A stretch of DNA of 64,000 nt from Mustelus asterias (Eukaryota). The notes below the pieces were generated by a model that saw only the letters and a list, made by a program, of their open reading frames with translations, had not been told where the DNA came from and did no database searches. Location of the stretch: contig NW_027590142.1 of assembly GCF_964213995.1 (NCBI RefSeq), forward strand, positions 124,001 to 188,000, written 5' to 3'. Both the position numbers and the translations under genes were made by a program. Of this stretch, positions 50,785-61,619 are shown piece after piece (position 1 is the stretch's first letter; each line of letters opens with the position of its first letter).

Positions 50785-51900
50785 AGGGGCGGGGAGAGTG
50801 TGTGTGAGCGACAAAAAGTGTGAAACTTAGACAGAATGGATATGTGAGTGTGTGTGAGTGAAATAACCGTTGAGATAACATGTGCCTGTGATAGGTGGAG
50901 TGTTTGAGAGATACGTTGCATATACATGTGTGTCCGTGTGTGAGAGATGTCGAGACTGTGTGTGTGTGAAAGGGAGGGTGTTTGTGAGAGACAGTATTTG
51001 AGAGCAAGATTGTGCATCTGTGAGACAATGTGTAAGGAAGTGAGCGTGTGAAAGAGAGAGAAATATGTGCCTATGTAAGAGAATGCGTGTGCAAGTGTTC
51101 GTATGAGAGAGAGTATGTGACTGAGTGTGAGACGGAATGAGAGTACAGAAGAGGGAATGTGAGAGGGATAGTGCATGTGTGTGCGTGTGTGTGTGTGAAT
51201 GAGTGTGAGACGGAATGAGAGTACGGAAGAGGGAATGTGAGAGGGATAGTGCATGTGTGTGTGTGTGTGTATGTGAGGGATAATGTGTACGTATGACTGT
51301 GCTTATGTGAGAGACTGTGTCTGTGTGTAAGAATGTGTGTTACAGTGTGTGCATGTTCTATGTTTGTGAGAGAGTGTTTGTGAGAGAGCCAGTGTGTGAG
51401 AGCAAGAATGTACAGGTGTGAGATAGTGTGTGCAAGAGAAATAGAAATATATGCGTGTGTGCGTGAGAGAGAGAGAGAGAGATGCGTGTCCAAGAGGAAT
51501 TGTGAGAGAGCCTGTGTGAATAAATGTGAGACAGCTTGAGCGTGTGTGACAGAGTGTGGGAGAGAGAGTGCATGTGAGAGTGCGTGTGCGAAAGTGTGAG
51601 ACTGTGCTTATGTGAGAGTGTGCGTCTGCGTGTAAGAGAGAATGTGTGTGGGTGTGTGTGTGTGTGAGTGCTTTTGTGTATGGGAGTGTGAGAGATTGAT
51701 TGAGAGAGCGAGAATATGTATGCATTTGTATTTGAGAGTGTATGTAGAACGTGAGACAGAGAGAATGTCTATGGGTTTGTGAGAGAGATCGTATGAGAGG
51801 GTAAGTAAGTCTGAGTATGTATGTGTGCATGTGTGAGAGAATATGAGAGTGTATATGTGTGTATTTATGTGTGTGAGAATGTGTGATGTGTGTAAGTCTC
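49880..51900. repeat. (GT)n/(GA)n microsatellite-rich tract
   Basis: Includes a perfect (GT)n run at about 50732-50782 and a ~80-bp local duplication. Confidence 0.9.
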
Positions 51901-52079
51901 TAGCTGGCTGATTCAGTTTGGAAAAGCACCCTCACTCCACACAAACTCACCCACTCACACAGTCAGTGGGAGTGATATGTGAGCACAATACGGACTGCGG
52001 GTCAAAGGTTAGAAAAACAGTTAAATCTTTCACAAGTCAGTCACAATGAATAATTTCCTCTTTCCTCAATGAGCGAAAC

Positions 52080-52520
52080 TTGTTAAAACTCAAGAAATTT
52101 GACACAATCCAGGGCTAAGTCACCCATAAGGTAACGCTCAGGTAAGGTAGCCCATAAGGTTACCCGCCCCCTCATTCATCCTATTCATTTTCTCCATCAT
52201 TAACAAGCAGTATCAGCAGTGTGTATTATATACAAAATGCACTGCAGCAACTCACCAAGGCTCCATAGAAAACATTGTCCAAACCCGCTGCCTTTACATC
52301 CTAGCAGGGCAAGGGCGGCAGCCACATATGAACACTACCACCTGCAAGCTCCCCTCCGTCCTGACTTGAAACAATATCTCAGTTCCTTCACTGTCGCTGG
52401 GTGAAAATCCTGGAACTGCCTGCCCAACAGCACGGCGGATGCCTGCAGCATATGGACTGCAGTTATTCAAAGATGCTTCATATCAACACTTTCTCAAGGA
52501 ACAATTCGGGAAGATTAAAA
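52080..52520 (+). mobile_element. L2/CR1-group LINE 3' remnant
   Basis: CIIYKMHCSNSPRL motif shared with the 12365-12637 ORF. Confidence 0.6.
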
Positions 52521-53216
52521 ATTCTGGCCGAGCAAATGACTCTAAAATACCTTTAGAAGATTAAAAATAAGATGCAAATGAATTTGACCCTCCAACTGTC
52601 CTACTAAACAGGTTAGGGACTGCTCTAGTATGGAGTACAATATAGTAAATCTCACTTTCCATTTGCTCATCGAGCATTCCCAAGGCAGGTACATCACTGC
52701 TTAAAAATCACCCAATTCTCCCGCTCCAGTCTGACGTTTCTGCTCTCTCTCTCATGGTAACATTATGCTTTAGGGATCTAATTTCAGAGACGCCAAATCA
52801 AACATCAAGTCAAACTGTCACATTTCTCACAGGTACAAGTGTATTGAAGAAATAAATCAAATTTCACTCCCTGAAATACAGGCGAAGGAACCAGAAGATT
52901 TACAACCAGTCAGGCAGATTCCTGGCACCAACACGGTGACCACGCGGACAACAGACACATTACGGTGCAACAATCGATTTCCCAGCAGATATGTCTGTTC
53001 AATCTGTCAATTTCATTCAAACTGTTCGATTCTAATTGATTAATGAACAACTTACAACAACAGAAAATCAATAACCTCTTTTAAATAAAACTGATATTCA
53101 TTCCAAAACTCCTGTCAATTTTTAATTATTTCTCTGTCTCACTTCTCGAAAACTAAGTAAAAATGTAATTTCGCTGAAAATGAGCAATCGAAAATAACAG
53201 ATTCAGGACAATTCCA

Positions 53217-54343
53217 TGTCCCTAACAGAGATACAGTGACACTGTAACAATTCAATGTCCCTAACAGAGATACAGTGACACAGTAACAATTCAGGGTCCC
53301 TAACAGAGATGCAGTGACACTGTAACAATTCAATGTCCCTAACAGAGATACAGTGACACTGTAACAATTCAGTGTCCCTAACAGAGATACAGTGACACAG
53401 TAACAATTCAATGTCCCTAACAGAGATACAGTGACACAGTAACAATTCAATGTCCCTAACAGAGATGCAGTGACACAGTAACAATTCAATGTCCCTAACA
53501 GAGATACAGTGACACAGTAACAATTCAATGTCCCTAACAGAGATACAGTGACACTGTAGCAATTCAATGTCCCTAACAGAGATACAGTGACACTGTAGCA
53601 ATTCAATGTCCCTAACAGAGATACAGTGACACAGTAACAATTCAGTGTCCCTAACAGAGATGCAGTAACACTGTAACAATTCAATGTCCCTAACAGAGAT
53701 ACAGTGACACTGTAGCAATTCAATGTCCCTAACAGAGATGCAGTGACACAGTAACAATTCAGTGTCCCTAACAGAGATGCAGTGACACAGTAACAATTCA
53801 GTGTCCCTAACAGAGATGCAGTGACACTGTAACAATTCAATGTCCCTAACAGAGATGCAGTGACACAGTAACAATTCAGTGTCCCTAACAGAGATGCAGT
53901 GACACAGTAACAATTCAGTGTCCCTAACAGAGATGCAGTGACACAGTAACAATTCAGTGTCCCTAACAGAGATGCAGTGACACTGTAACAATTCAATGTC
54001 CCTAACAGAGATACAGTGACACTGTAGCAATTCAATGTCCCTGACAGAGATACAGTGACACAGTAACAATTCAGTGTCCCTAACAGAGATGCAGTGACAC
54101 TGTAACAATTCAATGTCCCTAACAGAGATACAGTGACACTGTAGCAATTCAATGTCCCTAACAGAGATGCAGTGACACAGTAACAATTCAGTGTCCCTAA
54201 CAGAGATGCAGTGATACAGTAACAATTCAGTGTCCCTAACAGAGATGCAGTGACACTGTAACAATTCAGTGTCCCTAACAGAGATGCAGTGACACAGTAA
54301 CAATTCAGTGTCCCTAACATAGATGCAGTGACACAGTCACAAT
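53217..54343. repeat. 39-bp minisatellite, about 29 copies (TGTCCCTAACAGAGATRCAGTGACACWGTARCAATTCAR)
   Basis: Unit starts at 53217 and 54309 are 28 x 39 bp apart; there are no unique spacers. Confidence 0.97.
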
Positions 54344-57304
54344 TAAACAATTAAACAAACCAAGAAACATGGACGTTGAAAATCATTACCTGATTCGATC
54401 TAATTTCTTAATTAAATGTAATCAACAAAATAATCAAGGCAAAGCACTTTATCGAGCTGAGCACAGCTGAGTAAAGAAATGTTTTGTTTCTGAATTCAGT
54501 TCTGATACAATTAAATATTCTCTAAAACGGGTGATATTTTGCAGGCCAGTGCAATATTCAAGGTCTTTTGTTTTGAATTAATATTATATTGTAAGTTATT
54601 GTTATTTGTCAGTTCGTTCTCCTGTTAGCTGATTTGTACTCTGTAATAAAATGAGTTATCAATCATTCAAAACGTGCTTCTGCCTCCAACATTGTTAAAT
54701 AATTAGGTTACAATTAAATCTTAGACAATGTTGAACAATAATTTCAAATTACTGAATGGAAACATTCAGACATCTGTCATTCATTTACTTAAATCTAATC
54801 ACATTGTAATATTTTAACTTTTTAACCTTTACTACAAATGTCTTATTATAACCTACAAACGTGTTAAAATGCATAGTTCTGAATTTCTATAGGCGGTAAC
54901 GGCCTGACAGTTTGAAATCAATCATACTGCTTCCTAGATTTAATAATTTAGAGCATCCAAATAACTTAATTACTGAACATATCGTTTAATTAAAGAAGAT
55001 CTGAATTAAACAGTGCAAACACAAAGAGGACAATTGATTCAAATCCTCTGTAACACTAAAACATGATGCAGAATACAAGTCCAGACTTTTTTTTCATTAT
55101 AATATTTAATAAGAACATAAGGTTCAGATAGAATCAATTCTTCTGTTCCGTTATTTATTCTTCCCATAATTCTATCCTGTGTTCAGCAGTAGTGGGAGAC
55201 AGAATGTTATTATTAAGTGAAGAGCTAAGATTACTTTTATAATATATATAATATTATTATAATATTTTATATAAATTAATCTTTTTGCATTTCAAGCATT
55301 AACTTCTCCATCTTTAGCCAGTTTCTATTGACACTTTACTACAATTTAATTTACTACAATTCAAACATAATCTAATCTAATGAACAATTACTTGAGTGTA
55401 AGCGAATTCCACCCGTCAGAAATCTCTGTTCAATCTGCCAAATTTATTCAAACAGTTTGATTCTAATTTATCAATGATAAAATTGCAACAACAAAAAAAT
55501 CAATAAACTATTTTAAATTAAACTGATATTCATTTCAAAACTCCCTTCAATCTTTAAATATCTCTCCCTGTCTGTCTCAAATCTCGAAAACTGGGCAAAA
55601 ATGTACTTTTTCTGAAAATGAGTAATGTCCCTAACAGAGATATAGTGGCATAGTGAGAATTGTAATTCATGATTTATTTTAATTCTTAAGCATCAGTTAA
55701 CACTAATAAGATACTATAACATGTATTTATTTTATTTTTCCGAAATCTGTTTGTTTTATCCCTACAAGAATTTTCAAACGCAGATTTATTTTCATTTAGC
55801 CAGAAAACGTGTCACTGCTCATTATCACTGAGCTAAACAATACAGAAACAATTGAGCAACCACAAACAGTTCAACAAATTTTAAGATTAGATTAGGGATT
55901 AATTATCGTGTATCCAACTATAGATTACTTGGAAGGAATAATGTGGTTGCGCCTGCACAGAAAGAATGTAACAATCGGATACATAAATTGCCAAATAGCA
56001 ATGTCTTATTTTCCGAAACTCATATTTAAGTGAATGCGAACTTAATCAAGGAGATAACGATTAATGCAAAGTATCTTGTTAAACTGAGCGCTGCTGTGGA
56101 AGCAGCATGTTATCATTGAAATAGTTTCTGGAATTATCACAAAATATTTCCAGCACAGAATTTTTTCTGGTCATGTTAATTGTGTGCAAAGCACAGCAGA
56201 ACTAGTAGAAGTCATTAATGCTAAATGATATTAATACAAAATAATCTTTGGTGAATGTGGTGAATGGTGAATATTACTGATTAATAATTGTTTGATTCAT
56301 ATTAATTTTACTATCAAACTTGTTAATGAGAAGTTTGTGACTGCAGCAACGACTTACTGTCCGAATGAACTTTGTAAGTCATGATTTATTTTAATTTGGA
56401 AGCGTTAGTTAAAATTTATAAAAACGCTGTAATGTCTCTATCTTTTTCCCAAAACCTGCCTGTTTTCTCTCTACATGGATTTTCAAACTCATAGATTGTT
56501 TGCTTTCAACCAGAAAACGTGTAACAGCTCAGTACCACCGAGATTAAACAATGCAGAACAATGCTGAAATGCCAAACCATTTCACACATTTTAAATATTC
56601 ACAGTGGCCGAACCACAAAATCTCCTCAAAAGAAACACTCCAAAACAGATCACTGAGGGATGGAACCCCGTTTCACGGAATAGCAGCTCAATTATTCATT
56701 CAACAGAATCAAATGGAACATTGCAAGAACATCTCAATGTTGAATTCAGCAAAACAGCTCGTCACCAAATGCATGAATCATTAACCTAAACAGAAATATG
56801 GAATAATAGCAATAACGTTGCGCGGAGGTGGAATATGTCCGACAAATTAGTATTGAAACTTTAACACATTTTATTTATATTGGGTCAAATTTCAAACATA
56901 TTTAAACATCTGGGAAAAACTTCAGCCATCAGATATCACCGAGGTTAAACATTGCAGATACCCCAAACAGTGATTGCAGTGGCAAACTATGTTCTGAACG
57001 AGCGGCGTGATCTGCAATTATCACTTACGATAAAAAAATACAAATGCAATAAAGCATGCCCGATTTCTGTCAAGCAATTTAACACCTATAGACTGTTTGT
57101 ATTCAAGCACAAAGCGTATAACAGATCAGTGTAACCGACTTTAAACAATGCAGAAACAATGCTGAATCGAAAAACCATCTCACACGTTTTACTTATTCAA
57201 AGTCACCCAGATACAAAATCTCCTCACCAGAAATGCACATCACTGAGCGACTGAACTCCGTTTCATGCAGGAGCAGCTCAATTCTACAAACACTTTCAAC
57301 AGAA

Positions 57305-57775
57305 TCATAGAACATAGAACAGTACAGCACAGGAGAGGCCCTTCGGCCCACGATGTTGTGCCGAGCTTTATCTGAAACCAACATCAAGCTATCCCACTCC
57401 CTATCATCCTGGTGGCTCCATGTGCCTATCCAATAACCGCTTAAATGTTCCTAAAATGTCTGACTCCACTATCACTGCAGACAGACCATTCCACACCCCA
57501 ACCACTCTCTGCGTAAAGAACCTACCTCTGATATCCTTCCTATATCTCCCACCATGAACCCTATAGTTATGCCCCCTTGTAAAAGCTCCATCCACCCGAG
57601 GAAATAGTCTTTGAACGTTCACTCTATCTATCCCCTTTATCATTTTATAAACCTCTATTATATCCCCCCCCCCCTCAGCCTCCTCCGCTCCAGAGAGAAC
57701 AGCCCCAGCTCCCTCAACCTTTCCTCATAAGACCGACCCTCCAAACCAGGCAGCATCCTGGCAAATCTCCTCTGC
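57305..57775 (-). mobile_element. CR1 3' fragment in the J-C intron
   Basis: FFTQRVVGVWNGL motif and CATAGAACATAGAAC tail. Confidence 0.85.
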
Positions 57776-58314
57776 AAATGCAACATTGCAAGAAAATCTC
57801 AATATAAAATCCAGCCAATCCGCCCGTCACCAAAGTAACTAATAATTAAAATGAGCACAACAACGACATAACAAAAGCAGCATTGTGATTAAGTGGAACA
57901 TGTTCATAATATTAATGCAGAAACTTTAACACGTTTTGTTAATATTGGGTTAGACGTCAAACACTTGTGCAGTTGATGGTACAACTCGCAGCCACTATAT
58001 GTCACCGAGATAAAACATTGCAGAAACGCCGAACTGTTTAACAGAAGGTAGGTACTTAAAGTAACCCAACCACACAATGTCCTCAGCAGATAAACACCAA
58101 ATCACAACAGAGACTGAATCACTCACCTTTTGTCAATTATCAGTAGAATTCTATAACCCCCATTTTAAGCAGAATCACATGAAACATTGTAAAGATTTTC
58201 AGCACATAATCCACCAAACCACATTTCAGTGAACAAGTGAATTAATAAAATCGAGAAAAAATATAAAACAAAAACTCAAGTAAAACACTTACTAAATAAA
58301 TTTACGGTCCTTAC

Positions 58315-58362
58315 CTGCAGTCACCGTCACCATGGTCCCTTGTCCACAGTAATCCATGGCGT
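58315..58362 (-). CDS. IGHJ: JH segment (AMDYCGQGTMVTVTA); W of WGxG replaced by C
   Basis: Follows a 23-RSS and ends at GCAG|gtaag. Confidence 0.93.
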
Positions 58363-58401
58363 CACAGTGTCACATTCCCTGGGCTGGCTCATACAATAAC
58401 C
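58363..58401 (+). promoter_or_regulatory. JH 23-RSS
   Basis: CACAGTG-23 bp-ACAATAACC. Confidence 0.93.
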
Positions 58402-58708
58402 ATCCCTGCGCAAAATAGACAGAAATCCACCATTATTTTAAAAATTCACAAGCCAGAGGGTAAGTAAATCACTGCATTTTCATCAAATTATTATTGTATT
58501 TGTGGACACTGTTCGCTCTACATAAATGACCCGAATACTTTATATTTCACAGAGTATCACATGATCATATTATTGAAAACACCAACTGATCATTGAATAT
58601 TAATTCTCGCTATTATTGCAGTGTTAGACATCAATAATACAGCACTGTAAATAATGTTGGATTGTGAACCAGAGCACTGACACAGCCTCGGTCAATTAGT
58701 GCTGAGGG

Positions 58709-58736
58709 GTTTTTTGTATTGACAGTAACTGTTGTG
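58709..58736 (-). promoter_or_regulatory. D 3' 12-RSS
   Basis: CACAACA-GTTACTGTCAAT(12)-ACAAAAAAC. Confidence 0.85.
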
Positions 58737-58753
58737 CCACCCAGTTGCTGTAT
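58737..58753 (-). CDS. DH segment ATACAGCAACTGGGTGG (12/12 RSS)
   Basis: 17 nt between two oppositely oriented 12-RSS. Confidence 0.9.
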
Positions 58754-58781
58754 CACAGTGAGACACGCCCGCACAAAAACT
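58754..58781 (+). promoter_or_regulatory. D 5' 12-RSS
   Basis: CACAGTG-AGACACGCCCGC(12)-ACAAAAACT. Confidence 0.95.
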
Positions 58782-59149
58782 GCACTCACTCTCTGTTCAG
58801 TACTGCCGCTCAATATTCACTACAAATAGACCAATATTTCTGAGCAATTTACAATTTATGCAGCAGTTTATAAAACACAATCCAGAAACATCTCCTCCAA
58901 GTATCAGAAATATTAAAACGAGCATTATATCCCAGGTCTGCAATTGCAGAAACTGTTAACGGTAAATATAAATAGAGTGAAAAGCACCATTATGTCTGTG
59001 GGTTTGCTCGGTTTAATGTTTAATTTTCTCTAAGTTAGGTTTGTCAGAAGCGGTTTGTGTTTTAGTTCTGATCACTGTCATTAACATTACACTTAAAACA
59101 GTTATTGACAATCAGGTTATGATGGAAGTTGCTGCACTCCCTCTCGAGC

Positions 59150-59188
59150 TGTTCTTGTTGAGGTCCAGCCCTGGTTCCTCTTGCTGTG
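59150..59188 (-). promoter_or_regulatory. VH 23-RSS
   Basis: CACAGCA-23 bp-ACAAGAACA directly after YYCARD. Confidence 0.88.
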
Positions 59189-59496
59189 GTCTCTTGCACA
59201 GTAATAGATGGCGGTGTCTTCAGTCTTCAGGCTCATCATGTCCAAAGCGAAGATATTGTTCGAAAGGTCTTTGGACGGAGTAAATCGGCCCTGAATCTGT
59301 GGGTCATAGTAGGTGGTGTAAAATGAACTTCTGTATCCAACCAACCACTCCAGCCCCTGTCCGGGAACCTGTCTAATCCAGTTCATCCAGTTGCTGCCAA
59401 GATCGAAGCCACTGGTTTTACAGGTCAGTCTCAGGAAGCCGCCGGGACGCCCTGTTTCTGCCTCCAGCTGAGTCAACACAATCTCCGACTGGACAC
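59189..59496 (-). CDS. IGHV: IgM VH exon (open frame)
   Basis: tttacag|VQSEIVLTQ...LTCKTSGF...[13 protein letters not shown]...RFT...[11 protein letters not shown]. Confidence 0.97.
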
Positions 59497-59623
59497 CTGT
59501 AAAAACATGTCAAATTACCGAGGATTAATCTTGGTGAAATGATTGCTGACTCTGGGTCATTCCAAAGGTAGGCTAATTCTGATACAGTAACAGTGAGAGA
59601 CGTGGACAAGAAAAACTAATCAC

Positions 59624-59635
59624 CGGATAAGAAAG
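59624..59635 (-). pseudogene. IGHV: 3' remnant of the VH leader exon, truncated by the ERV
   Basis: CT TTC TTA TCC G|gtgatt splices over a 127-bp intron to give FLS-G-VQS, the usual end of a shark VH leader; the LTR begins immediately upstream. Confidence 0.8.
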
Positions 59636-60401
59636 TGTAAGGGAAATTGTACTGGATATTGTATGAGTTTAGTATGGAATTCAGATTCATAGGTTTTAGT
59701 GAAATAATAAAGCAGATTTAGATAAGTAGTGAAAATGGATATGTAACCTAAAATAACTTCGTGTGACCTAATATAATCAAGTGTAGTCGATATGATCAAA
59801 GTGGAGAAACTAGAGAAGTAATATAGCAATCACTAATTAAGGAAAGCAGACAATAGTCACTTAAGAAAACAAGGAAGACTGCTCGGTGGTTCAACTTAAT
59901 AGTGGACCATAAACCAGCAGAGAGAATGTCTTTTCTGCTAAACACATTAGTGGACCATAAATCAGCAGGGGGATGTCTTTTCTTCTAAACACTTTCGGCC
60001 TTAGCTTACAAACCCACGATTATTGTACAAACAGAAAAGTTCAGATAAGAGCAAGAGTTATAACCACCATGGTTTAAGAAACGAAGAGATATAACAGTGA
60101 ACGACCGATTGCAAAGAAAACAGATAAAGGGTCAACTAAAAATAATGGTGGCCAAAGAAAGAGCGGGCTGTAGGGTAAGATTACAACCAAGGACAGGCAG
60201 TAAAAGGGAGATAAGGATCTTGAGATAGGAGGCTGAAATGTACATAAAAGAGTGTAAGCCCAAGGGCTCTTTGGAGTGTTCCGGACGTTCCCGGCTTTGT
60301 CTCTTGTGCTGAGAAATAAAGTCTTTTGCTTGAAAGATCGCTGCTCAGACTCTCTGTTTTAAACCGATGTGAACGAATTGTCGTCCTGGGGAACCACGAC
60401 A
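59636..60401 (+). mobile_element. 5' LTR of an endogenous retrovirus
   Basis: TGT...ACA termini, a 48-bp U3 direct repeat (59900/59948), TATA-like CATAAAA near 60243, AATAAA at 60315-60320, followed by a PBS. Confidence 0.82.
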
Positions 60402-60405
60402 AAAT

Positions 60406-60425
60406 TGGCGCTGCTTAGCAGGGTT
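60406..60425 (+). promoter_or_regulatory. Primer binding site, tRNA-Ser-like (imperfect)
   Basis: TGGCGCTGCTTAGCAGGGTT, 4 nt after the LTR, resembles the complement of tRNA-Ser(UGA/CGA) 3' ends. Confidence 0.6.
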
Positions 60426-61619
60426 GGTGAGAGATCGCCCAGAAAAGCATCTGGAAGGAGTGGCGGAGACGGTGGTCCAACCGGAACCGAGAGGTCCCCA
60501 GCCGGCCTTCTGTCAACAAGGTAAGCAGACTTGCATGCATGTAAATCCTTGGTGTCAGAAAGGGGTTTTCTCGAGGCCCGGCGCACCCGGCTCTCTGCTG
60601 GTCCTGGATCTCCCCAACCCAAAAAGATATCCTGCACAGGTAAAACCAAATTGTGTAAAATTTTTTTGAGAGACTGAGTCTGATCTGAAGAGCAGAATTT
60701 TTGCATGCAAAAGCGCGCTGCGAATACTGTATTGTCTGTGAATGGGTAAAAAGTGAGACGGGAAAAAGGCCGAAAGCTAAAGTAATGCAATTAGGTTAAG
60801 TCAAGCGGTTTGGAGCGGGTTTTTCAGGTCACGACTTGCCCAGAAGAGAGTAAGTGTGGGAAAATCTGCCAGTCCAAACCTACCCAGGACCTCGGGTAAG
60901 GGACGTCAACCGAGAGGGAGAGAGATCAGTGAGAGATCACTCTCTGACCTAATACAGTAGCCAAAAGCACAGGAGTGGATTTTAACCACAGGAAAGGGGA
61001 GTAGCAGCTAGAATAGAGAAAGTAAAAGACCAATTTGAACAAACTGGTCTGAGAAAACAGCGTGAAGGACAGAAATAAGAGAGAGAGTCGGAATATAGGT
61101 AGGGTAATAACTAACAACTTGAAAAATTACCCTGACAAAACTGCCTGGTGACAAGATTGAAAATAACTAATCTTTGAATAATAAAAAAAAACGGAAGCAA
61201 CACTGGATTGGAAAAAGATTACACACATAATTAACTTAGAGGAGATAAAGAATGAGTGGCCGTATGTAAAATGGGAAAGAGTAGTCGATAGGAATTGGAT
61301 AGACGAAATAAAATTGGAAACCCTAGAGAAATTAATAAAGGGATCTGACCGATACAGGATTCTTATACACATAGACGAGCAAGTGAAAACCTACTACCCT
61401 CTGGCCCGGGAGAGGAAAATAGTGCCGGGACAGGGGACTACGGGGAAGTGGATATCAGGACCCCGGTTAGAATTACAGATATTGGCAAAAGAAATCCAAA
61501 GGAAAGGTAAACAGGGGACTGAGCACGGAAAAACAATACAGCAAGTAATAATCACTGTAATACCTAACTCTGACGGACTAAGTGACAAAAATTGCGACAG
61601 TGATCCAAAAAGACGAGTA

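Noticed and set aside
49880-51900. His/Thr-rich ORFs (also 37839-38399 and 1877-2259)
   Set aside because: Dinucleotide microsatellite translations.
52572-52579. Octamer ATGCAAAT in the J-C intron as an E-mu-like enhancer
   Set aside because: A single 8-mer at the edge of a LINE remnant; the same octamer occurs at about 814 and 10370 in repeat debris, so chance is sufficient.
53139-54350. 403-aa and 366-aa Cys-rich ORFs, or a CRISPR-like or RSS array
   Set aside because: These are translations of a 39-bp (13-codon) minisatellite. There are no unique spacers, and the CACAGTA motifs have no nonamer at 12 or 23 bp.
58402-58708. Search for a second D segment between D and J (and in 58782-59149)
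   Set aside because: CACAG/CACTG-like words are present, but none forms an RSS pair with a properly spaced nonamer.
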